Positions 53,681-63,958 of a stretch of 64,000 bases of DNA are shown here, in pieces. The translations under genes and the position numbers were made by a program. The notes under the pieces were generated by a model. That model had not been told where the DNA came from. It ran no database searches and was given only the letters and a program-made list of their open reading frames with translations. Origin of the DNA: a virus. The DNA lies in IMG/VR virus record IMGVR_UViG_3300027917_000038, positions 1 to 64,000 of that record; one strand, 5' to 3'. The first letter of the stretch is position 1, and each line of letters starts with the position of its first letter.

Positions 53681-53903
53681 GATCAAAATGGACGGAATTA
53701 GTAGTTGTAGAAACTACATAAGAAAAAGGACAAACAGAAAAGTGTCTATCCAGTCTGGAAACTGGTTCGTACAGTTGTAGAAAAAGATAAAATATAATAT
53801 ATACATTAAAAATTAAATGTGTATAAATTAGCGACTTTGTTCGCATTAGGCTGGGCTCTACTAAGCCCACATAACCATGATTAGATTATGCCCCATTTTT
53901 TTT
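53672..53903 (+). ncRNA. Multi-hairpin structured RNA at the 3' end of the DIP1984-like gene
   Basis: Closing helix GGGGCATAA/TTATGCCCC, six internal hairpins, T8 tract. Confidence 0.7.
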
Positions 53904-53908
53904 ATTAA

Positions 53909-54023
53909 AGGCAGGCTGGTAAAAATCCCACTACGAAATTTTTATTGGAGAATCAACAATGAATTCTAAGACAAAATAAAAAAATTGGAGTTCGGGAAGG
54001 AGGTTCGATTCCTCCACTGCCTA
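53909..54023 (+). ncRNA. tRNA-like RNA 2 (115 nt) with long insert
   Basis: Acceptor AGGCAG/CTGCCT-A; T-arm GGAGG-TTCGATT-CCTCC; extended imperfect helix in place of the anticodon arm. Confidence 0.7.
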
Positions 54024-54070
54024 TCCATTGTATCTAATATTTTAGAACAACAACAAATTTAAAGAGAAAA

Positions 54071-54622
54071 ATGAGTAGAACAGGAGCAAAGGTATTTGCA
54101 CTAGTTCTTCTTTTTGTAACTGTTGGAGACATAGTTGGTTGTGTTGTATGGAATGTTTGGAATTATAACACAAATATTTATTCATTTCAAAAGAAAATGG
54201 CTAATCTCGACAGAGCAACAACTACAAGCGATTTAAAAGAAGCTGGAGATTACTGTATGGAAGTATATGATTATATTAAAAAATACAAAGGTAATCCAGA
54301 CTGGTGGCCCTGGAAAACAAAAAGAACGGACTGGGATGATATCAAATCAGATTTTAAATCAGTAATTGATGACGCTTACGAAGCGCATAATCGCAGTAGT
54401 CCGGGAGACGATGCATATCAAGAAGCATTAAAAGTGTTTCGTGAGAAAATAGATGGAGTAGATGAAGACGACAAAGGATTATATGACCAAATAGATGAAA
54501 ACTTTGATCTTGAATTGTATAAAGAGCAATGGCCTATTTTATGGTTCTTTTGGCTAAGTATTATTATTCTTATAATTGTAACTTTAATCGCATTAGTTAT
54601 AGCATTTGATTCTTATTACTGA
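54071..54622 (+). CDS. Membrane protein with two TM helices and an external helical domain
   Basis: Hydrophobic N- and C-terminal segments. Confidence 0.6.
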   Translation: MSRTGAKVFALVLLFVTVGDIVGCVVWNVWNYNTNIYSFQKKMANLDRATTTSDLKEAGDYCMEVYDYIKKYKGNPDWWPWKTKRTDWDDIKSDFKSVIDDAYEAHNRSSPGDDAYQEALKVFREKIDGVDEDDKGLYDQIDENFDLELYKEQWPILWFFWLSIIILIIVTLIALVIAFDSYY

Positions 54623-55072
54623 TTTGTTAATTTTAACCCTTTTTTTTTCTTTTATTTGTATCACGATTATTGGTAATTATTATGATAGATTCACAAACAA
54701 TTTGGCAATCCAAACAGAATCATCCGGAATTGGTAGTTGAAGACATTAAAAAATTGTTTAATCTTTCCGACAAGGAATGTGAACAAATAAGATTTATTCT
54801 TATGAATCGCGGCATTAATAAATGGTTGTATGCGAGACGATTGTTTATAAAACTAAAACATTCCGTTAAAAAAATAAGAAAGATAGCAATTTCTGATTAT
54901 GGTCATAAACATCCTCTTGTTAAAGAGATTAAGAAAATACAAGAGAAAATGCAAAACATTGCTAAATTGCCCCGTTGGATAGAATGGGGAGATCACGTTC
55001 ATAAAAACATGAAACAAAATGAGAAAGACATAATTATAAAAGGTAAACATTGTTAAAATTAGAGGTAAAAAA

Positions 55073-56083
55073 ATGAGTCACGCAACTGTGTTGATAATAA
55101 GCAAGAAAAATGATGAAGACACAATCCAAAAAATGATGGAACCCTATTGGGAACTGGATTTAAGTCGTGAAGATCTTAAAGAAGATCCAAGAGCTGTTTT
55201 TGTTGAAAAATTTAAAGCAAGAGATCTTCAAACTAAATTTGAAAAATGGGTTAATAAAATGCTTTTACGGATTTCTAAAACTCAACTTCAAATAAAAAAC
55301 AAAGATTTTGAAGAGTTAAAACAAAGACCGTTCATAAAAGACATGAGTGACGAAGAAATAGTTAAAAAACTAGAAGAACAAATAGAAGAGGACAAAAAAA
55401 TATTAAAATCTTATAACACATCCATAGAATGGGTAGATGAATGGCACGGATATTATTTAAACAAAGAAGGCATAGCATACGGATATTATATTAATCCTAA
55501 TGATAAGTGGGATTGGTACCAAATCGGAGGACGATGGGCTGGAATGATTAAACTCAAAAAAGGAGCAGAAGGAGAAATTGGAGAAAAATCTTTTATGTTC
55601 AAAGGAAATCCTTATGAAGATGGTGGTGTTGATTCTGCTCAAGTTAAAAACATAGATGAAGAATGTTTAAAATCACTCATTACTTATGCTGTTCTTGATG
55701 AAGAAGGATGGCATGAAAAATCCAGAATGGGATGGTGGGGATGTTCTCAATACGACAAATACTGCTGTGTTGTAGAAGAAATTAACATTCATGAAATACT
55801 ACATCATTTTAAGCATGATTATTTTGGAATAAATCACACATGGAAAGGATATAGTAATGAATATGTTGAATTGTTCATCAAAACTTTACACTCACATTAT
55901 TATCGTGATGGAAAAGTTTATAAACTTAAGAATAATCTTGGACAAGGAAGAACTGAACTAACTGATGATTTAAAACGTGTTGAATTTTTTAGAAACAAAC
56001 ACTGGCAAGATTATTTTTACAACAGATTTATAAAAAACTTAGCTCCTGACATGTATTTAACAATTGTTGATTATCACATTTAA
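55073..56083 (+). CDS. Conserved phage protein of unknown function
   Basis: MSH, NPNDKWDWYQIGGRW, GWWG, VDYHI motifs. Confidence 0.65.
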   Translation: MSHATVLIISKKNDEDTIQKMMEPYWELDLSREDLKEDPRAVFVEKFKARDLQTKFEKWVNKMLLRISKTQLQIKNKDFEELKQRPFIKDMSDEEIVKKLEEQIEEDKKILKSYNTSIEWVDEWHGYYLNKEGIAYGYYINPNDKWDWYQIGGRWAGMIKLKKGAEGEIGEKSFMFKGNPYEDGGVDSAQVKNIDEECLKSLITYAVLDEEGWHEKSRMGWWGCSQYDKYCCVVEEINIHEILHHFKHDYFGINHTWKGYSNEYVELFIKTLHSHYYRDGKVYKLKNNLGQGRTELTDDLKRVEFFRNKHWQDYFYNRFIKNLAPDMYLTIVDYHI

Positions 56084-57393
56084 ATAATAAGTGATTATTA
56101 TGAAAAAACATGACAGATTATGGGAACTGCGTGTTGTTGATAGTGAAGGAATGTACACTGGAGAATTTATAGGAACCGATGTTGCTGTTGCAAACAGAGC
56201 AAATGATATAATAAAAAATGGACATGAAGCACAATTTAGTGAAATTAAAATAAACGAAAGAACAAACATTTTTTATTTAAGCGATAAATACGACCAAGAA
56301 TTATATTGGGCAGAAGCAAAACTTAACAACAAAAAAACAACAAGCGACAGAAAAATATACGCATTCATAAATTTAGACCAAGTTTCCACATTTATTGAAG
56401 ACATGAAACTCAAATCGGAAACTGTTAGAAAGTTGTCGCTACAAAAAAGTGCATTTGAATTATTAAAAAGCGGTTTGTATTAAATGGCTAGTAGAAAAGG
56501 AAACTCAAGAAGAGCACAACCTTATAAAGAGAGACTTAAATATAGACGCACTAATTTTAAAAACGTTAAAGGATGGAGAAAAACTGCGCAACCAAAAGTA
56601 ATAAATGGTAGACATCAAGCAGATCCTAAGAACGAAATTGAACCTAGACATGACGGAAAACCTTACGATAGATCAAATCCAAAATATTTAAAAAAGCCAG
56701 TGGTATAAATGATTGTATGGAAAATTATCTTATATTCTCTTCTTGGAACATTACAATTTCTTATGTCAGCAACTATATTTATAGTATCAACACATAAATA
56801 TGGATTAATAGCTGGTATTATGATAACAATAGCATTTTCTATTTTTTTGTTTGTACTTGGATTATTAAAACTTATAATGTTAATAGAAACAAGTGATAAA
56901 AATGGATAAATACAAAAAAGGATTATTTGTTTTATTAAAGGATTATGGGTGTGAAGTAATGCAACACATGAAATGCTATCGAAAAACCCATAAATATGAT
57001 AACATTCAAATGGCAACAATATGTTACGAATATTACAAAATTATTTTAGAAATAATTCATTATGTAAGGAAGGAAAATGAAAAAAAAGATTAAAATAACA
57101 AAAAGTATGATACTAGGATTAATTCACAAATATAGAGACAAGATAAGAGATGGTCGATGTGGTGGTGTAGTAAGAAAGTCCACAGTTGACGCTTGTCTTA
57201 AAGCAGAAGGTTATACTAAAGATGATTGATGAAGAATTAAGGAAAAAATTACCAAATTGTCCACCTTGTCCTTATGATAATAAATACAATCCGGATAATT
57301 GGGATTGTTATAATTGTGGGTACATTGGTGTAGAAATGAGTTTTGATGAAGAACTCATGAAAAACATCCTTGAATTAAATAAGAACAGTATAT

Positions 57394-57978
57394 TTGTTAA
57401 ACCAAGTGAGTAAAATGGGCTTAGATATGTATTTAGACGCACAAAGAGGATTTTATGATTCACAATGGAATAAAGAAGAAACAGAAGAATCCAAAGTGTG
57501 TAAAAAAATAAGGGAAATAATTCCAGAAATATTCAAAAGCGGTAATCTTAACTACATTAAAATAAAATTTGAAGTTGGATATTGGAGAAAGGCAAACGCA
57601 ATTCATGCTTGGTTTGTTGATAATGTCCAAGAAGGTGTAGATGATTGTAGAAATTATCGCGTCAGTAGAAACAAATTAAAAGAACTCTTAGCAATCTGCA
57701 AAGAGGTTTTAAAAGAATCAACACTTGTTAAAGGAACAGTGAAGGCTGGATGGAAAGGCAAAGCAGGAGGTGGATTAGAACCTATACTCGAAGACGGAGA
57801 AAAAATTGTGGACTCCAGCGTTGCTGAAGAAATCCTACCAACTGCAGATGGATTCTTTTTTGGTAGCACAGATTACGATGAATTTTATATTAGTGATGTT
57901 AAAGCAACAATTAAAATAATTGAAAAGGCTTTAACATTACCAATAGAATGGACTTTTTATTATAACTCAAGTTGGTAA
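57394..57978 (+). CDS. Conserved phage protein of unknown function
   Basis: MGLDMY, YWRKANAIHAWF, LPT..GFFFGS..YD, YxSSW. Confidence 0.65.
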   Translation: MLNQVSKMGLDMYLDAQRGFYDSQWNKEETEESKVCKKIREIIPEIFKSGNLNYIKIKFEVGYWRKANAIHAWFVDNVQEGVDDCRNYRVSRNKLKELLAICKEVLKESTLVKGTVKAGWKGKAGGGLEPILEDGEKIVDSSVAEEILPTADGFFFGSTDYDEFYISDVKATIKIIEKALTLPIEWTFYYNSSW

Positions 57979-58230
57979 TTAAAATGACTGAATATTTAGC
58001 TTGTTATGAGTGTTGTGGTAACATAATTGAAGAAACAGAGATTATGTTTCCTTGTCTTAGGTTTAAGGGAAAAGATGTTGAATTCCCAGATGATTGTCCA
58101 AAAAAGGCAAGAGGGGTAGACATAAAAGAAACCCCTAGATGGAAAAACATTTCAAAAGAAGCATTTAATATATATTGGTTTATGAATAAACAATTTGGAA
58201 CAAGAGTAAGATTTTTCGAGGAAGAAGAAA

Positions 58231-58488
58231 ATGGCAAGAGGAAAGGGATTTAGTAGTCATGGAAGTTTAACAAAAGCAGGAAGAGTAAGATTTGAAGCAA
58301 CCCCTGAAGTAAAAAGAACTGGTGTTAATTCAAGAAAAAAGAAAATACCAAGAGTAAGATACAGAGAACTTTACAACAAAAGAATTGTAAAAGAGAAATA
58401 TGGAGGACAACCAAACAGCATTGGAGCAAATAAACAAAAAAGAGGAAACAAAAATGAGAGATCCAAAAAGAATAAAAAGAATTTGTAA
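58231..58488 (+). CDS. rps30e: Ribosomal protein eS30 (S30e)
   Basis: SHGSLTKAGRVR..TP.V...KKK.PR.R.R..Y.KR signature. Confidence 0.85.
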   Translation: MARGKGFSSHGSLTKAGRVRFEATPEVKRTGVNSRKKKIPRVRYRELYNKRIVKEKYGGQPNSIGANKQKRGNKNERSKKNKKNL

Positions 58489-58696
58489 GTTATTAGAAGA
58501 AAAGTGGTTAACAGTACCAGATCAAAGATTAGGTCAATTCTTACTTAATTATGTTTTTGGTAGAAATCCACATCATCCAAAATATGACAGTTATATATTT
58601 TTCCGTGAAGATGATATAACGGAGGAAATATTAGATGTATTGTTCGGAGAAGAATGGTATAAAGAAATTGAGAAAAGAAAGAACCCGACCATTTAA
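58453..58696 (+). CDS. YihD/DUF1040-like small protein
   Basis: MRDPKRI...L...W...PDQRLGQ. Confidence 0.55.
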
Positions 58697-60767
58697 ACCG
58701 ACATTTAGAAAAAAATGGGTGCAAAAAAAATGGAAGAAGAATTACCGATGTTAGGGAATAACGAAGGACAATGTCCTAAGTGTGGAAGTACTAATATTCA
58801 TTACACAATTGAAGATGAAAATGGGGCTGTCGCAATTTTATGGGATCAAAAAGTTGGTAGTTATTACGCTAAATTGAGATGTAAAGATTGTGGAGCACCT
58901 TTTAAATATTTTTACAATTTAATATTTACATATTCAAAATACAATTACGAATAATAAAAAAGGTTTTGTAAATGGAAAAAAAGGAAAAAGAACCAATAAT
59001 GAAAATGAGTATGAAAAAATTGTCAGCATTACTAACAAAAATGTTAGCTGAGCAACAAATGCCTGAATTTGCCAAAGATCCGAACGTGTTTTTAAACACA
59101 CTTGGTTCAAAATTAATGTCAGCAATAGTGGAATTTTGGGAATATGGAAGCAATGAAATTTTTCTTATCTTAATTCCTAAATATATTGAACAACTTAAAA
59201 AATACAGAGACGCATTGTACGAAGAAAGAGAGGAACAAATAAAAATAATAGAAGAATTAGCAAAATTGTCAGATATATCACCAATGGTTTTCATAGAACT
59301 AATATCATTCTTCTTATTAATACAAGACAACAGAGACAGAATGGGAGTTGTAAACATTAGAGATTTCAACGATAGGAAAGAACCTGGTGAATACCTAACA
59401 GATAGATTTATTTGTATGTTTAGAATTGCTGAAGAATACATTAAAGTCTATGATGGAAACCAAGACAATATGACAACCTTTTTAGATATTGCATGGAATG
59501 AAATTAGAGAGGAATTTGATGACTTATGAGAGTAGGTTGTTTTTTAGAAATAAACAAGACAAAAAAGAAGGCATATTTCTTTGGATTTGGAGAATATCTA
59601 GGAATGGAAATTCCAGATGAAAACGCTGGTGGTTTATGTCAAATAGGTAGATTATTAGGCAAACCAAATCCAAAAATTCTGCTTGATTCCGGCAAGATAA
59701 TATGGGGTGGTGAATGCTGGTGGTCAGAAGAAGCAGAATGTATTGCGGAAATTGCAGAACTTGAAAATGCTGACTTTAATATTATTAATGTTGATATTGA
59801 CGACATAAGAAAAAAATGGAATGAAGAATAAATGTCCGAAGAATACATAAAAATAGTGAGTCGCACACATCAGATCTTTCGAAGTCGGAGCATCAAATTC
59901 ATCACAAACGGCGAAGTAGTCGACACCATTCCTGTTCCAGATGAGCAAATTGTATGTGACGCATGCAATGCAATGATTCTGGATCAGGAAATCAAGCTTT
60001 TGTGTTATATTGATGATGGAATTGAATATGTGTGGGGAGCAATTTGTGATAAATGTCACAAAAAATATCACTCAAAATTAAAAGTGGTGCATGATGAATA
60101 AAGGGTATATTATAATACACAAAAGTCCTCTTAAAGATGACATGGAAAAAATGAAAAGTAGAGATCCAGACCTTTACAAAATGATGGCTGATACATTTAA
60201 ATGGAACTGTAATTCTTATCCTCAATCTTATGATATTCTTGTAAGAAGGTTTTCACGTAAACTTCAAAAAGAATTAGAATCAATGTTATATCAAGTTGAT
60301 TGTCCAGTAGTACCTCGGTATTTAAGAAGACATCCATTTTATAAATATGTTGGTTCCGAAGATACTGGGCATGTTGATTTTATTAATGAAAGTGTTGGAA
60401 GATTAATAGGTAAATTAGAAAAGAATGGATTTAAAACAATAGTGGTTGAAGATGACTTATTCGACAAAATCCAAGCAAGAATTAAGAAACATCGCAAAGA
60501 AGATGTACAAAGGAGAAATATTAACAACACTCCAACTCAATGAAAGTGAAATTGATACTGTTTTTGGAATGATGAAATTATTTCACTGGGACAAAACAAG
60601 AGAAATAATGGAACACGGTCTTGGTTGTATCTATGGACACATGAAAGATGCCGCTCCAATGCATTGTAATGGGCTTCCTATGTTTTTTGCTTGGCAATTT
60701 CTTGATAAACCAGACACAAAAAAACTTATTAAAATTTATAACAAATTATTAAAAAAGATGCGTAAAT

Positions 60768-61106
60768 ATGACAAAGGAAAAAGATGTGGAGAAGTTTTTG
60801 GAGCAGCTGAGTGAAGAGGAACTTGAACAGATAGACAAAGGAGAATATGTAGGTAACGTATGCGATGATTGCATAGACGAAAAGCGTAAAAAAGTAAAAC
60901 ATGATTACAAAGCTGGAGATTATGTTAAATGTGAATTTGAATCCTCTGATGATAGAAATGAATACATGTGGGTTTTAATTGAGGAAATAGATGAAACAAC
61001 CATCACTGGAAGATTAGACAATGATCCAGTCCTCGTACATCAAATAAAGTGCGGAGACACAGTAAAAATAAATAAGGATAAAATAGTACAAGTAATATAT
61101 ATGTAA
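60768..61106 (+). CDS. DUF2314-like protein
   Basis: EYMWV...GRLDNDP. Confidence 0.6.
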   Translation: MTKEKDVEKFLEQLSEEELEQIDKGEYVGNVCDDCIDEKRKKVKHDYKAGDYVKCEFESSDDRNEYMWVLIEEIDETTITGRLDNDPVLVHQIKCGDTVKINKDKIVQVIYM

Positions 61107-61108
61107 GA

Positions 61109-61322
61109 GTTCACCATCCAGTCATTTTGGGGAACATACATCATGAGTTTCATTTTATAAGTGAAGAACAAAACACTTTTGCTAAACAAGAGATAGATGG
61201 GTTTGGGTTGCTACATACAAAGCCGTCTTCACTTATTATACATTTCCAGCAATCCAAACCATTATCTCAAACGGTATAATGTTACACGTTTCGTGTGCAA
61301 ATGTAAGCGTTTAAAACAACGC
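61109..61322 (+). ncRNA. Structured intergenic RNA with long pseudoknot
   Basis: About 21-bp helix 61190-61212/61248-61268; its loop pairs 11 bp with 61157-61167; flanking hairpins. Confidence 0.65.
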
Positions 61323-61337
61323 AAGAGGTAAACCTAA

Positions 61338-62201
61338 ATGAAAAATGTAAAAAATCAAGTAAGATATATTCAACAATATAACGAATTCAATCATTTAGTA
61401 AAATGTATTGAAAGTGCTCCAACTGGAGAAACATTTGGCATCCTATTAATAGGGCCTCCGGGCACTGGTAAAACTCTCTGTGCAATGGATTTAGCACGAC
61501 ATTATAATTCTAATTATATAGTTGTAGATGGAAGTCCACAAACAGACCGAAGAGATTTGGAAGGATGCTGGGAAATAGTTAAAGGAAATACAGTTTTTAA
61601 TAAAGGGCCTCTTTACCAAGTAATAGAACAGGCAAACAATGAAGGAATAGCTTTCTTAGTTTTTAATGAACCAAACGCGGTAAATCCATCGGAACAAATT
61701 AGTTTTAATGCACTCATGACAGAGAATCATATTAACTTGCTTAGCAACGCTGGTAAAAGAATTGAAATTGAACCACATGCTAAACTTATTGTAATAGGAA
61801 CTATCAATTTAAATGTTCTTGGAATAAATGATCTACAAGAAGCATTTGATGATAGGTTCCTTGTTAATTGGGAATTTGAATACCCAGCAAAAAAGAAAGA
61901 AGCAGAAATAATAAAAAAAATGGCTGGTTGTTCAAAATCTCTTGCTGAATTAATTTCTGAATTGGCATACCAATTGAGAGAAGCAGCAATGAAAGATTTT
62001 TCACTTAAAAAACCCTTTTCAACAAGACATGGTGTAAATTTTGCCAAAATGATTTGGGCAATGAAAAGGAAATACATAAGAGAAAACATCCGAACAATGA
62101 TAGTTAGCAAAATAGCAAAAGAGAAAAGAGAAAAGGAATTCATTTCCCAAATTTTAGATGGATTGGACTTTAAGAAACGATTGTGGGATATATTAAAATG
62201 A
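61338..62201 (+). CDS. MoxR/CbbQ/NorQ-family AAA+ ATPase
   Basis: GPPGTGKT, FNEPN, GTIN, AFDDRF, FSTR. Confidence 0.88.
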   Translation: MKNVKNQVRYIQQYNEFNHLVKCIESAPTGETFGILLIGPPGTGKTLCAMDLARHYNSNYIVVDGSPQTDRRDLEGCWEIVKGNTVFNKGPLYQVIEQANNEGIAFLVFNEPNAVNPSEQISFNALMTENHINLLSNAGKRIEIEPHAKLIVIGTINLNVLGINDLQEAFDDRFLVNWEFEYPAKKKEAEIIKKMAGCSKSLAELISELAYQLREAAMKDFSLKKPFSTRHGVNFAKMIWAMKRKYIRENIRTMIVSKIAKEKREKEFISQILDGLDFKKRLWDILK

Positions 62202-63958
62202 GTGATCCAAAGTTATTAAACAAAACAACAAAAAAAGCGCTGAATGATGTAGCAAAAAGAATTTCTGGGAATAAAGAAATAACATTACGCTTTAGTGGAA
62301 CTTATGATGTTACGGATGGTCAGAAAATTACCATACGAAGAGACGCAGAAAAAAACCTTCGACTAAGCCAAGGACTTGTGGCTCATGAAGCAGGTCATAT
62401 TGGCTACGGGTCATTAGGAAACATTATTAAAGAACTAGTATTTCATTTAACAAACAAATATAAATTGGATGAAGAAACTGCTCGTTCTTTAATGAACATG
62501 GTTGAAGACGCAAGAGTAAATAAAATAAACAATAGAGTTTTCCCTGGTTTTTATCGTTCTCTTAGAGAATGGTTTTATATGAATGTGTTGCCAGAAATAA
62601 GACAACAATCTTTCCATCCATTGCTTCGTGATATAGGACTATATTTTGAGGATTTTGATTGGACATTTAATAATGCGGAACATAAATTAAATGACGAACA
62701 ATTGGATTTAATTGAAACAGCAAAACTAATTTCTGATAAGTTTATTTCACCAGCATCATCTGTTTTTATTTGTAAATTACTTGCTGAATTGTTTAAGAAA
62801 AAACAAGAAGAAGAGGGTGGGAAAAAACAACGACCTTCTCCTTCTCCATCAGCAGACGCACGCACAGATCCATCAGCATCACAAAAAATCTATGACCCAA
62901 ATTTTAAGAAATCACAGGAATATAAAGATGACTACAAATTCATGCAAGACATGAACAAAATGTTGGATGAAGAATTCAAAAAATTGATAGAACAATTGTT
63001 AAAATTAGAGGCTTGTGAAAACGAAGACAATAAAGAATGTGAAGGGTCTATACAACGCATGAGAGACTTTCTTGAAGAACAAGAAAGAAAATTAAGCAAG
63101 TACATACAAGAAGTTATGGTAACTAGAAGACCTTATAGAAAAATAGAAAGACGATATTATTGTAGGAAGGCTAGAGACTTAGAAAAATATCCACCAACAG
63201 CTCTTGAAATAATGAGTGAATATAAAAGGGAAATAGAAACATTAAAAAGATACTTAAATTTATTGGAAAAGAAGTCAGTTAAAAAACAAAAATTTGGTAG
63301 GTTAAATAACGACTGGATGAAAGCAATTGTAGGAGATTATGAAAAATGTTTCTCAAGAAAGAGGTACGAAAGATTACAAAGATTAACTCTCTTAATAGAT
63401 ATTTCTGGAAGTATGACTGGCCCAATGGATGAAGGCGATTATGAAAGATGTCACAAGGAATCAAGAAGACATCTTTCTAAATTATCAGTAGCAAAAATTT
63501 GTTCTGTTATTTTTGGTGAAATATTTAAAGACTTTTGTGATTTAAGAATTGTTCTTTTTACTGGTGTAAAAGATGTTGTTCATCATGTTATCAAGGATTT
63601 TAAAGACACGGTTCATCCACGCGATTATGATGAATTTGGATATGATCAAATGCAGGGAGAAAATTTAGATGGATTGTCTTTAATATACGAGGCAGAAAAA
63701 ATAGGGAGCGATGGAATAATTATTATTGTTTCAGATGGATACCCAGCAGGAGATTATTATAGTCTTGGAGACGCTATTACAGATGTTAATAGAGCAAGAA
63801 AACTGTGTAAATTTATTTTTGCCTTTAGTATTAAGGCACGAGGAGATTATTTAACAGATATGTATGAGAAACATTTTATTATTGTTAAAGATAAAGAGGA
63901 ATTTAGAGAAAAGCTTCTTAAATTTGGAAGAATTTTAATGGAGCAATATTTAAGATGA
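62183..63958 (+). CDS. VWA-domain partner protein (CobT-like) with HExxH motif
   Basis: AHEAGH, NMVEDAR, MIDAS DISGS, SDG. Confidence 0.85.
   Translation: MGYIKMSDPKLLNKTTKKALNDVAKRISGNKEITLRFSGTYDVTDGQKITIRRDAEKNLRLSQGLVAHEAGHIGYGSLGNIIKELVFHLTNKYKLDEETARSLMNMVEDARVNKINNRVFPGFYRSLREWFYMNVLPEIRQQSFHPLLRDIGLYFEDFDWTFNNAEHKLNDEQLDLIETAKLISDKFISPASSVFICKLLAELFKKKQEEEGGKKQRPSPSPSADARTDPSASQKIYDPNFKKSQEYKDDYKFMQDMNKMLDEEFKKLIEQLLKLEACENEDNKECEGSIQRMRDFLEEQERKLSKYIQEVMVTRRPYRKIERRYYCRKARDLEKYPPTALEIMSEYKREIETLKRYLNLLEKKSVKKQKFGRLNNDWMKAIVGDYEKCFSRKRYERLQRLTLLIDISGSMTGPMDEGDYERCHKESRRHLSKLSVAKICSVIFGEIFKDFCDLRIVLFTGVKDVVHHVIKDFKDTVHPRDYDEFGYDQMQGENLDGLSLIYEAEKIGSDGIIIIVSDGYPAGDYYSLGDAITDVNRARKLCKFIFAFSIKARGDYLTDMYEKHFIIVKDKEEFREKLLKFGRILMEQYLR

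Noticed and set aside
61109-61322. Hammerhead ribozyme
   Set aside because: No CUGANGA...GAAA core in the correct arrangement on either strand
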